Shown here piece by piece: positions 46,638 to 55,461 of a DNA stretch of 64,000 nt (its first letter is position 1; the number at the start of each line of letters is the position of its first letter). Source of the DNA: a virus. Lineage: Duplodnaviria > Caudoviricetes. The notes under the pieces were generated by a model. That model was not told the origin of the DNA. It saw nothing but the letters and a program-made list of their open reading frames with translations, and searched no databases. The stretch covers positions 96,001-160,000 of the IMG/VR virus record IMGVR_UViG_3300028588_000015; one strand, written 5' to 3'. The translations under genes were made by a program, and so were the position numbers.

Positions 46638-46994
46638 ATGGATAATGAACAAGATGGCGCGCACAGTGAAATAACCATCGGAGGCGGAGGAAATTTCGTT
46701 CGAATTCAAAATGCGCCTTCATTACGTGATGTAATCGAAAAGAACCAAGTGTGGGAAAAAGTGTTTAACGGCATCACGATGATGCCTGAAGCACAGGGTA
46801 TCATGGTCGACAATGCAATGGAACACTTTCAAGCTGTCGTGGCCGATACCATTCGCAAACTCGACATCGCTGGTTACGATAGCGACCGGATAGCGGAGGT
46901 CACGCAGCTCTCGGGTGAGTGCATCAACAACACCATCAATGTTCTGTTTAGAATGGAGCAGGCGATGGCGAAGGAGAAAGACCGTGGCGGATAA
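46638..46994 (+). CDS. Paralog family C member (HTH-like)
   Basis: SLRDVIEKNQVWEKVF...IRKLDIAGYDSDRIAEVTQLS. Confidence 0.7.
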   Translation: MDNEQDGAHSEITIGGGGNFVRIQNAPSLRDVIEKNQVWEKVFNGITMMPEAQGIMVDNAMEHFQAVVADTIRKLDIAGYDSDRIAEVTQLSGECINNTINVLFRMEQAMAKEKDRGG

Positions 46995-48129
46995 ACTGAA
47001 AGAAGTTGTCGCAGGGGTCCGTGTGAATTACGGCACCGGCACCGTTCCGTCCCTGTTGGAAATCATGCGGGGGACCAACTGGTGGAAGGAAGTCTACGAC
47101 GCCGCTGCTGGCGACGTAAGAGGCTTGATGACCGAAAGCGTCGTCGACCACTTCCACGCACACTCGGTCGAAGCAGTCCAACGGTTGGATCACGCCGGTT
47201 ACACGCCCGATCAAATCTCGATGGAAACCGGCCTCATGCCAGCCAAGATCGATGTGATCTTCGAAGCCATCGGCAGCGACAAGCGGGTCGAAACACCAAG
47301 TGATACGATGGGTGAGCCGCCGTGGCCTGTGGAAAATCGTAAACTGCCGGCTTGCCATCTGTGGGAAGTCAATCACAGTTACTACGGCGAAGCCCAATAC
47401 AACGAGATGGACTTCGCCACATGGGAAGACTTTCTCGAAAGCATGGGCAATGCGGACAACGATTACAACTACTTGATCCGCTGGGATTGGAATGAACGTG
47501 ACCGTGAACTCGATATGATCACGTACAAGGGTGACGACAACGAGCGCACGGGACATGTCAAACTCATCTACCATGCCCAGCGCAAGGGCTTCACCATGAG
47601 CGCTTACGTCAAAGTGTGCCGCAATGACGAACCCAAGGTCCGCAAGTACTTGGAAGAAAAGTGGGTGTACATGGAAAACATGTGGGCACCCATCAGTAAC
47701 GGCACCTCTGAGCGTGTTCCCGATGAAGAATTATCGCCCCGTACGCCTGCGCAGATGATGGAAAACCTGTACAACGAGATCATGCACGGTGAAGACAGCG
47801 ATGAGTATAAACGAATCGTCAAGGAAGCGATGGGGGATTTCGACCCTAAAGCGGTGAACTGGGTGAAGTATATCTTCAAGGTGAATTATAAAAATCTTGA
47901 ACCAGTTGTATTTCCGCCAGCGGGTCCATTTTGGCACGACCGCATGAATCAGGCCGAAGGCACATATACCGTTACAGCCTATTTGCCGGAAGGTGTGTCC
48001 GTGCACCATTACTGGCCGTCGGCAACCATGGCCGAAGAACCTAGGCTGGTTGACCGCATCGTGTACGAGGTAAATCCCAACTATTGGGAGACAAGGGAAA
48101 GCACAAAGCCACAGTGGTGGCCGTTCTAA
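46984..48129 (+). CDS. Multidomain protein with family C N-terminal domain
   Basis: SLLEIMRGTNWWKEVY...VQRLDHAGYTPDQISMETGL then unrelated domains; GTG start after AAGGAG. Confidence 0.75.
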   Translation: MADKLKEVVAGVRVNYGTGTVPSLLEIMRGTNWWKEVYDAAAGDVRGLMTESVVDHFHAHSVEAVQRLDHAGYTPDQISMETGLMPAKIDVIFEAIGSDKRVETPSDTMGEPPWPVENRKLPACHLWEVNHSYYGEAQYNEMDFATWEDFLESMGNADNDYNYLIRWDWNERDRELDMITYKGDDNERTGHVKLIYHAQRKGFTMSAYVKVCRNDEPKVRKYLEEKWVYMENMWAPISNGTSERVPDEELSPRTPAQMMENLYNEIMHGEDSDEYKRIVKEAMGDFDPKAVNWVKYIFKVNYKNLEPVVFPPAGPFWHDRMNQAEGTYTVTAYLPEGVSVHHYWPSATMAEEPRLVDRIVYEVNPNYWETRESTKPQWWPF

Positions 48130-48185
48130 TGCCGTAACGGGGCAACTTCGGTTGCCTATTTTTTTACGTAAACAAGGAGAAGAAA

Positions 48186-48599
48186 ATGGCTGAGAAAGAA
48201 GAATTGTACGTAACAAAAGAAAACAAGCTCACGGCAAAATTCCCATTGCGCGAAGGCGTAACGCTGGATGTCGATGTGGGTTTTTGTGCAAAGAAAGGCG
48301 ACAGAGTCGTGGAAGCGTTCGGACACGTCTCGATTTACAACGTCATGTCCGATAACGTCGCGTGGAAAGGTATTTTCGAAAATGTCGCACCCCTTATGCA
48401 AAAATCGATGGTGCAAAATACCGCAGAAATTTTCAAGGCGGATGCATTCAAGGCGGTATCACGCCTGACGTTTGCCGGTCTTTCACCTGAGCAGGTCGCC
48501 GAAGAAACCGGCCTGAATGCCGAAGCCGTCGAACAACACTTGCGTTATCACGAGTTCCGCACCGGCGAAAGTGACGACGATCCATCCTACGACGAATAA
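48186..48599 (+). CDS. Paralog family C member (HTH-like)
   Basis: SIYNVMSDNVAWKGIF...VSRLTFAGLSPEQVAEETGL. Confidence 0.75.
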   Translation: MAEKEELYVTKENKLTAKFPLREGVTLDVDVGFCAKKGDRVVEAFGHVSIYNVMSDNVAWKGIFENVAPLMQKSMVQNTAEIFKADAFKAVSRLTFAGLSPEQVAEETGLNAEAVEQHLRYHEFRTGESDDDPSYDE

Positions 48600-48737
48600 G
48601 AAAGAAGATGCCAACAGTCAATTTCCTGTTGGCAAAAAAGCAAAAAAATACACAACACCGGTATAGCATAGGAAGAAAAATACTTCTCGCCTTTTATGCT
48701 CAACCATTAAAACGAAAATCAACTTAAGGAGTTTATC

Positions 48738-49256
48738 ATGCTGAGCAATATCAATGTTTCGATCACCGGTGGTGACAACGCCGAACGTGAACTGATGTCC
48801 AACGTGATCACCAACGCGCTGGTCGCCGAAGGCTACTCGAACGTGGCCTTGGTCAATACCGTGGGTGAGCCGATGGTGGGCTCGAACGTGCAGTCGCTCG
48901 CCGATGTGCTGCGCAAGAGTCACCCGGAGTTTCTGGAGCGCCAAGTGCGCGTGTGGTCGATTCCAGTGGCCAACGGCGTCGAGATGTCGCTCGACGATGT
49001 ACAGAAGGCCGCCAGCAGCGACACGCGCGCCTTCGCTGAATACGACGCCAGCATGGATGGTGCTACCACAACCGTCACGATCGCTGAGGGAAAGAATGCC
49101 TCGGCGGCCAATGCGGCATATCGCCTCGACAACGAATTCGCCGAAGACCGCGGCTACGAATACGGTTCGTCGGAACACCGCGAGTACCTCGAAAACGAAG
49201 GCGTACTCAACGGCTACGTCGATCACAATGGCGTTTTCGACAAAGCCCGTAAGTAA
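48738..49256 (+). CDS. Paralog family B member
   Basis: INVSITGG...ITNALVAEGY...SLADVLRKSHPEFL..QVRV. Confidence 0.8.
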   Translation: MLSNINVSITGGDNAERELMSNVITNALVAEGYSNVALVNTVGEPMVGSNVQSLADVLRKSHPEFLERQVRVWSIPVANGVEMSLDDVQKAASSDTRAFAEYDASMDGATTTVTIAEGKNASAANAAYRLDNEFAEDRGYEYGSSEHREYLENEGVLNGYVDHNGVFDKARK

Positions 49257-49268
49257 TCGGAGGTACTC

Positions 49269-50003
49269 ATGAGCACGAATATCACGATCACGAGCGATGA
49301 CGTTGTCAAATCGCAGGTCATTGGCGACGTCATCGCACAGGCGCTGGAAGACAAAGGCTTCGGCCATGTCACGGCGGCATTCTCGCCACCGTTCCAGCAG
49401 CCATTGAATCTGGAAATGACGGACCTGAAGGAATCCCGTTCGGTGCTGGATGAAATCCGCGACACGTATCCGGACTTCTTGCAAGAACCGGTAACGATCC
49501 GCGCGGTGCCAGTCATGGGCCTCGACCCGAACTATAATACCGTGGATACAAACGGCAGCACAGAGACACAAGTGGCCATCGCGGTTGCCGACCAGTACAG
49601 CAAAAATAAGACGGTGCTGGATACGGTGGTAGTGTTTGAAAGTGTGGCTCAGAACCCACCTAAACGCGAGATGGCCTTCGATAGCCCGGAGGTCGCCGAT
49701 GTCATGCGCCGTGCTGCGGCCATCTGCCTCAAGGAGGGTCACACCGAGTGGGAAGAGACCTTCCCGAAAGCCGCACAGGAACTCGAGAAGGAAGGCAAGA
49801 TCAAAAACGCCCATGGTCCCTTGGACGTGATCGAGGAACACCTTATGCAACGCCGCTTAGCCGGCGTACTGGAAGTCATCAAAGACGAAACCGGCTACGG
49901 CAGTCCGGGGATCAGCGAAGAAACCATGCGCTTGATTCGTGAAGGTGCCGAAACGAAGAAACAGCAACCGCAACTCCGCCTCGTCGATAACACGGAGGAC
50001 TGA
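49269..50003 (+). CDS. Paralog family B member
   Basis: NITITSD...IAQALEDKGF...SVLDEIRDTYPDFLQEPVTI. Confidence 0.8.
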   Translation: MSTNITITSDDVVKSQVIGDVIAQALEDKGFGHVTAAFSPPFQQPLNLEMTDLKESRSVLDEIRDTYPDFLQEPVTIRAVPVMGLDPNYNTVDTNGSTETQVAIAVADQYSKNKTVLDTVVVFESVAQNPPKREMAFDSPEVADVMRRAAAICLKEGHTEWEETFPKAAQELEKEGKIKNAHGPLDVIEEHLMQRRLAGVLEVIKDETGYGSPGISEETMRLIREGAETKKQQPQLRLVDNTED

Positions 50004-50004
50004 C

Positions 50005-50955
50005 ATGACGACCAACATCACGGTCGTCAGCGATGAGAAGAAGCATGGTGATCTCATTGCAGAATCCATTGCCCGTACCCTGCGCGATGAAGGGTTTAAA
50101 CAACTCTACCTCGACACCAATGACGGTATGCAAAAGGTCGACCTCGGCGGTCAATCGCTGTTGTCCGTGATACGGAAGACTCATGATCCTGAATTCCTGA
50201 ACAACGAGCAGGTGCGGATCACCGCGATGGCGATGGAAGAGATGAACATGCAGTCGATGGTCATCGTCGAGCGGAACAAGTTCACGGGTGAAACCAAGAA
50301 CCACACCATGCAGTCGCTCAGTGATGCGGTGCTCGCCAATTCTAAAGGCATCAAGGTATCCACCGACGGTGGCATGTCGTACTTTCACCCAACCGGGGCA
50401 ATTCGCATCATTTATCCAGATGCGCATAACAGCGGTGTGGACGAAGAGTCCGACCTGCATTTAATCGTCAGCGATGAAGGCATTGTTGCAGATTTGGTAG
50501 GCAACGAATCCGGCGAAGTTCTCGATACCGCTACGCTGGACATGGAAGAACTGGTTGACACCATTTTTCCAGAGTCAGGGCATGAACCGAACAACGGTCT
50601 TGTCAATGATTTTTTCGACATTGCTAGTAGCGTATCACACGAGGTAGCTGGTCAGAAATGGGAACGTATCATGACCAAGATGGAAGATCGCGGTAGCGTC
50701 ATCAAGGCGGACGAACTCGTTATTGACAATAACGAGGACGAGGCCGAAACGCAGGCAGTTCTGAAGCGGGCACGTGAAATTGGCGAGCGCACCGGCAAAC
50801 GGATGGACATCTCGAAGGCCGTAAATGAACTGAAGCGTGAAGGAGTCATCAGGCAGGATTCCCTAGCCGGTCTTGAGGCTACGGTCGTGATGGCGCAAGA
50901 ACTCGCGTGCGACATGGCCGGTCTCAAGGTCGTCGTTGAGAAGGAGAAGAAGTAA
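50005..50955 (+). CDS. Paralog family B member with C-terminal extension
   Basis: NITVVSD...IARTLRDEGF...SLLSVIRKTHDPEFL..QVRI. Confidence 0.8.
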   Translation: MTTNITVVSDEKKHGDLIAESIARTLRDEGFKQLYLDTNDGMQKVDLGGQSLLSVIRKTHDPEFLNNEQVRITAMAMEEMNMQSMVIVERNKFTGETKNHTMQSLSDAVLANSKGIKVSTDGGMSYFHPTGAIRIIYPDAHNSGVDEESDLHLIVSDEGIVADLVGNESGEVLDTATLDMEELVDTIFPESGHEPNNGLVNDFFDIASSVSHEVAGQKWERIMTKMEDRGSVIKADELVIDNNEDEAETQAVLKRAREIGERTGKRMDISKAVNELKREGVIRQDSLAGLEATVVMAQELACDMAGLKVVVEKEKK

Positions 50956-51149
50956 TGCCGCGTTACAAGAACCATGAAGACTTCTTTAAACAAGTCGGCG
51001 AAGAAACACTGGAAACCGTGCTGCACCATAATCACAGTGCACGGTTCACCGTCGAAGAAATGTATCAGTTTTTCAAGGCACGTTACGACGCCGAGAAAGA
51101 AAAGGGAAAGTTGGATCAGTTCATCGAGGATCGGCATCGCGCGCAGTAA
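50955..51149 (+). CDS. Small hypothetical protein
   Basis: 64 aa; TAATG overlap; AAGGAG RBS. Confidence 0.7.
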   Translation: MPRYKNHEDFFKQVGEETLETVLHHNHSARFTVEEMYQFFKARYDAEKEKGKLDQFIEDRHRAQ

Positions 51150-51231
51150 ACAGTAAGCAGTAAGTCGTAACGCACTAGGGACTAACACTCCCTAGTTTTT
51201 TTCTTAACATAGTTCAAAAAGGAATGTTCAG

Positions 51232-51636
51232 ATGTCGGAGCACAACCAAAACGGGATGGACGTCATCATCGAAGGTGGCAACCAAAGCGAACAATACATC
51301 GTCGGCGCAATCATCAGCAAAGCGCTCACCGAGGCGGGCTACAAGAAAACGCAGCATCACGACAAACCGGGTCACATCGTGACTCCGGAAGTCCAGACGG
51401 TCATGTATCCGTCGCTTCTCAACGTCGTTCGGCAGAATCGGCCGGACTTCCTCAACACCCCTGTGATCGTGTCAGCGTACCACGCACCGCCTGTGCCCCG
51501 AGAGCGCCGTGCGCATGACCGTGTCATGGTGCGGGCGCTCGAAACAGCATTGTCGCCGCGTGACGAGGCGGTCGAACTCGACGACGCGTGGGGCAATCTC
51601 ACCACGATTGAAAAGGAGGACCTGATCGGCGCGTAA
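51232..51636 (+). CDS. Paralog family B member
   Basis: DVIIEGG...ISKALTEAGY...SLLNVVRQNRPDFLNTPVIV. Confidence 0.8.
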   Translation: MSEHNQNGMDVIIEGGNQSEQYIVGAIISKALTEAGYKKTQHHDKPGHIVTPEVQTVMYPSLLNVVRQNRPDFLNTPVIVSAYHAPPVPRERRAHDRVMVRALETALSPRDEAVELDDAWGNLTTIEKEDLIGA

Positions 51637-51673
51637 GGGGGAACCAACTCAGATTAACCAAACAGGAGCAATC

Positions 51674-52018
51674 ATGGCTAATCAAATGGAACAAGAACAA
51701 CTGCGCATCGAAGTGCGCGGACCGGAACGTACCAGCAATACGTTCTTTTGCAATCTCATTGCCGACGCACTGAAAGCGGCTGGCTTGGACAATATGGAAG
51801 TCATCAATCAGCGTGGCGATGACATCGATGGCCTGCCTACCAGTGAACTCTTTGCGGCTGCGCGAGAACACAATCCCTTACTCGGTCTGGCGGGTGTTGC
51901 TATCTATGCAGAAGGTCCGGTGATGGAAGAAGTCGTGGTGTTCGACAACCCTGATCGATTCGAAGACGATGATCCGGACGTGTCGGAATTGATTTTTGAC
52001 TTTGCGCTTGAAGACTAA
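51674..52018 (+). CDS. Paralog family B member
   Basis: RIEVRGP...IADALKAAGL...SELFAAAREHNP. Confidence 0.75.
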   Translation: MANQMEQEQLRIEVRGPERTSNTFFCNLIADALKAAGLDNMEVINQRGDDIDGLPTSELFAAAREHNPLLGLAGVAIYAEGPVMEEVVVFDNPDRFEDDDPDVSELIFDFALED

Positions 52019-52035
52019 CGCTTCGACAAGGAGTC

Positions 52036-52335
52036 ATGATGTTAAACAGTATCAACGATTTTGCTATTGTGCTTACGGGCGCCAATAGCGACACCCGTAG
52101 AACCGCAGCCCTGTTAATCAATCAAGCACTACAAGAGCGCGGTTTTAACATGGTCGATGTGGTGGACGACCACGGCGACCCTATCGAGTTGCCGGAAGCT
52201 GTACCCAGCGTACTGGAAAACATTCGACGCAGTTCACCCCAATTCTACGATACGTTCGTGACCATCCAAGAAGTCAAGGTCCGTACGTACGGCGATGGCT
52301 ACTACGAAGGAGTGAGAAGACATGCTTGGGATTAA
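52036..52335 (+). CDS. Paralog family B member
   Basis: AIVLTGA...INQALQERGF...SVLENIRRSSPQFYDTFVTI. Confidence 0.75.
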   Translation: MMLNSINDFAIVLTGANSDTRRTAALLINQALQERGFNMVDVVDDHGDPIELPEAVPSVLENIRRSSPQFYDTFVTIQEVKVRTYGDGYYEGVRRHAWD

Positions 52336-52448
52336 TGACTGACGGCACGCATCGCGTGACCTATTCAAACACTTTGGGATATCCTGAAATGAATGCTGCT
52401 GCATAGAGCCGTGATGACATAGCCGACAGCGGTATTTAACTAGAGAAA

Positions 52449-52563
52449 AAAGGAAAAGCTTCGGCTTTTCCTTTATGCCGCATGTTTAACTTTGCGGCAT
52501 AAAGGAAAAAGCACACCACCTTGATCGCACCTACCCTTGTCGGGTGAGTGTATCAAGGTGGTG
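52449..52563. terminator. Back-to-back convergent terminators, each with a TTTATGCCGC tail
   Basis: + strand AAAGGAAAAGC-TTCG-GCTTTTCCTTT-ATGCCGC; - strand long stem ACACCACCTTGAT/ATCAAGGTGGTGT followed by TTTCCTTTATGCCGC. Confidence 0.8.
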
Positions 52564-52609
52564 TTACTTTACTTACTCAGACCTTTTTTTCTTGGGTCAT
52601 TTCAGTTGC

Positions 52610-55429
52610 TCAGGCTTGGTTTTGCTCGTCCTCGCCCTTGCCAGTGTCGTCGCTACTGGACTTGTCGTCACCCGTGGGCTCGTCTTCCTTGGGTTCGGTA
52701 CCGTCTTGGTTTTCAACGGGTGCGGTGTTGTCGGGAGCTTGCTCGAGCGGGTTGTCATCGTCACCTCCTAAGTTAAAGTCATCGAAACCGTCGTTACTGC
52801 CGCCGCCACCGCCGGAACCGTCATCGGTAGTGGTATCGCTACCACCGCCGCCACCTTCAACGCCATTTTCTTCCAGCGTCTTATTCGACAGTTCTTTCTG
52901 GGCCCGGAAGGATTTGAGCAAACCAGTCAACGAAGCCGAAACTGCCTGTACGTGGTCCTTCTGTGCTTGATACAAATCGAGCATCGGCTTACCAGCTTCA
53001 TCCTTCGTGGTCAGTTGAGCCAGTTCCGGCATGATGCCGTTTTCTGCCATGTAGACCCGCATGAAGTGACCCTTGACAAGTGCCTTGAGCATTTGGAACT
53101 CGCTGTTCAATTGACCGGTCGACGAATCCGTCAAACCGTCTGGTGGCAGCCATGCTTCCAGCGCCACATCGAGTGCTTTGCTATACTCATCCAGCGCCGC
53201 CATTTGATTCGTGAGCGACGCAGTGTTTGGCTTGGGCAGCGACACTTCAAAGCTGCGAATGAATTGCTCCACCACTTCCCCGATAATCAAGCCGCGCTGC
53301 TGCTTGCCGTCGTCGTTAGTGAAGTCAATCTTCTTACCTTGCTGGTCTTTCAACCAGTCTTCTTTGATTTTATCAAAGTTGTTGTCGATGATTTCTGCCA
53401 AATGACGCAGCAAACCTTCAGTGTTGCGCAGCACTTTACGGTGGTGGTCCGTCAAGAACGGTACCAGTTGTTCTTGGTGCTTCAGCGCACGTTTGGAGAG
53501 CATCAGGTTGTTGTTGTTGGCAACCGTTGCAAACTCTGCATTGTACGTCGCGTCCACCTGCTCCGGACTTACACCGAATGCCATGATCGATTGCTTGCGC
53601 AGTTGCTCGTCCAGTTCGGTATCGATCTTGACGTGGTTGTCGGCTTTCTGCTGCACGTCGATCTTCACCTCTGGCAGATTCGGGCTGCCTTCGGTGACAA
53701 ATTCATAACCCGCGCGTTGCATCCACGACACGATGTCAGCGGGGTTGTTCATCCCGAATGGCATCACCCCTTGACGGGTGTTGAGGAACTCATGCTGGAG
53801 GATTTCAAGCGACTTCTGGGCATCAGGGTCGTCCTGGTCCATCGTAAACGTCACTTGCGTGCGGCCAATGGAATTCTTCATCATGGCCGCTACGTTGGCA
53901 AACATCGTCATGACGCGGATACTGGTCAGCGTCTTCATGCGTTCCAGAATCGACTCGCCAATACCGTCACCGTTGTAGCGCACTGCCATGTAGGTCGTCA
54001 ATTCGACGGGCAGGAACAACAGTTGGGTATGTTGCTTGGCCATGGCGCGTGCCAGCATGATGCGGTAGATTTCTTCTTGCTTGGCCACGGCGACGCCGCT
54101 TGTGTATATGCCGCCATTATTCAGGCGCATGATGAGTTCTTGCTCGATCAGTTCGCCAAAGACACGCGCACTCACATCGATGTGTTGACGGTTGAATGAA
54201 TTGAAGTTGCCTTCAATTTGACCGTGCGTCTTCTTGATCATGGTGGAGGCAAAACTGTCGCCACCCGTGAATCGCGTACTCAGCTGGCGGTACTGGTCGT
54301 CCGCGTTCACTTTTGAAACTGGATTGCCTTCCGCGTCGAGTAGCACGAAGTAGCCAACGTGTTCCTCGGGTTTACCCGGTACGTGAACCGGCATCACCGA
54401 TTCCGACGGCAAGTGCAACACCAGTGGGTTGCCAATCGCGCGGCGTGACAGTTGATCCTGCGTGTAGACCCGCGCCATCGGTTTGTAGGCGAACTGCGGC
54501 GTCTTGAAAATCTGGCTGGCTACTTGCCGCTCTGTGATCGTACCGAATGTCTCGGCGGCGTACTGCGCGGTTCCGGTAGCGCGTTTGATCGCAGTGCCTG
54601 CATTGACCAGCGTGTTGACGCGCTGCTCACGCAGTTTACGCTGGATGTCAGGCAACTTCAGGACATCAGGATTGTCCAGGATCGACACCGTGGTGGGCAA
54701 TTTTGCAGCCAGGTGCCGGTCGATCACCATCATGGGGTCGATGTTACGCGGTGCCTCGTAACCATCGAATGCTTCCATTGACAGACCGGGCCGAGCGGCT
54801 GCTTCCGCCGGGGTATCCTTGACAGCATTGCCCAGCAAACCTTTGGGTTTGACGGTACCGTCGCTATCGATCGATTCTTTCAATCCTTCCAGCGTGATAC
54901 GGCCGGTACCGTTGATGAGTTGATCGATCGAGTTTTCTGGAATCACTGCGTAAACCCAGCTGCCTGTGCGGAAGAAAATATCACGCAGGATCTCGGCCAG
55001 CTGCGACTCTATTTTATAGTTCGTCTGGAAATGTTCCTTGATAGCGTCCGTCAAGGCTGCCGCAACATCGGCCGACACAATGCCTTCCCCGCCCTTGTAG
55101 ACGAGTTCGGTGGTCATCATGTCCTTCGGGGCAATGATGGCACTGATCAGAATTTCTTGCGCCAAACCGAGTTCGGGCAAGATCTCCATGACGGTTTCGG
55201 CATCCGCAATGTTAAGTGCTGTGCGGTCCGACAGGGTCTGCATCTTGCCGATATCTGGCAAGGTCTGCGATGTCTGGCTGTTGGTGGTGGCCGCCGTCGT
55301 GTGCGGCGCCGTATTCAGCTTACTGATGGTGGCGGCCATTTGCGGGTTTTCGCGTGCCATCTTCAAGGCAGGCGCGTAATTCCCTTTTTGGGCGGCAGCA
55401 ATAGCGTTAGCAAAACTTTCTCTGGACAT
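52610..55429 (-). CDS. Portal protein (phiKZ gp129-type)
   Basis: 939 aa; ILPELGLAQEILISAIIAPKDM, GIGESILE, KNSIGRT, FGVSPEQVD; acidic G/D-rich tail; divergent arrangement as in phiKZ-like phages. Confidence 0.75.
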   Translation of the reverse strand: MSRESFANAIAAAQKGNYAPALKMARENPQMAATISKLNTAPHTTAATTNSQTSQTLPDIGKMQTLSDRTALNIADAETVMEILPELGLAQEILISAIIAPKDMMTTELVYKGGEGIVSADVAAALTDAIKEHFQTNYKIESQLAEILRDIFFRTGSWVYAVIPENSIDQLINGTGRITLEGLKESIDSDGTVKPKGLLGNAVKDTPAEAAARPGLSMEAFDGYEAPRNIDPMMVIDRHLAAKLPTTVSILDNPDVLKLPDIQRKLREQRVNTLVNAGTAIKRATGTAQYAAETFGTITERQVASQIFKTPQFAYKPMARVYTQDQLSRRAIGNPLVLHLPSESVMPVHVPGKPEEHVGYFVLLDAEGNPVSKVNADDQYRQLSTRFTGGDSFASTMIKKTHGQIEGNFNSFNRQHIDVSARVFGELIEQELIMRLNNGGIYTSGVAVAKQEEIYRIMLARAMAKQHTQLLFLPVELTTYMAVRYNGDGIGESILERMKTLTSIRVMTMFANVAAMMKNSIGRTQVTFTMDQDDPDAQKSLEILQHEFLNTRQGVMPFGMNNPADIVSWMQRAGYEFVTEGSPNLPEVKIDVQQKADNHVKIDTELDEQLRKQSIMAFGVSPEQVDATYNAEFATVANNNNLMLSKRALKHQEQLVPFLTDHHRKVLRNTEGLLRHLAEIIDNNFDKIKEDWLKDQQGKKIDFTNDDGKQQRGLIIGEVVEQFIRSFEVSLPKPNTASLTNQMAALDEYSKALDVALEAWLPPDGLTDSSTGQLNSEFQMLKALVKGHFMRVYMAENGIMPELAQLTTKDEAGKPMLDLYQAQKDHVQAVSASLTGLLKSFRAQKELSNKTLEENGVEGGGGGSDTTTDDGSGGGGGSNDGFDDFNLGGDDDNPLEQAPDNTAPVENQDGTEPKEDEPTGDDKSSSDDTGKGEDEQNQA

Positions 55430-55461
55430 TCCAACCTCTTACTATTGGGGATGATTTTTGT

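Noticed and set aside
52332-52403. 23-codon ORF after the family B array
   Set aside because: Very short, no recognisable features; could be chance
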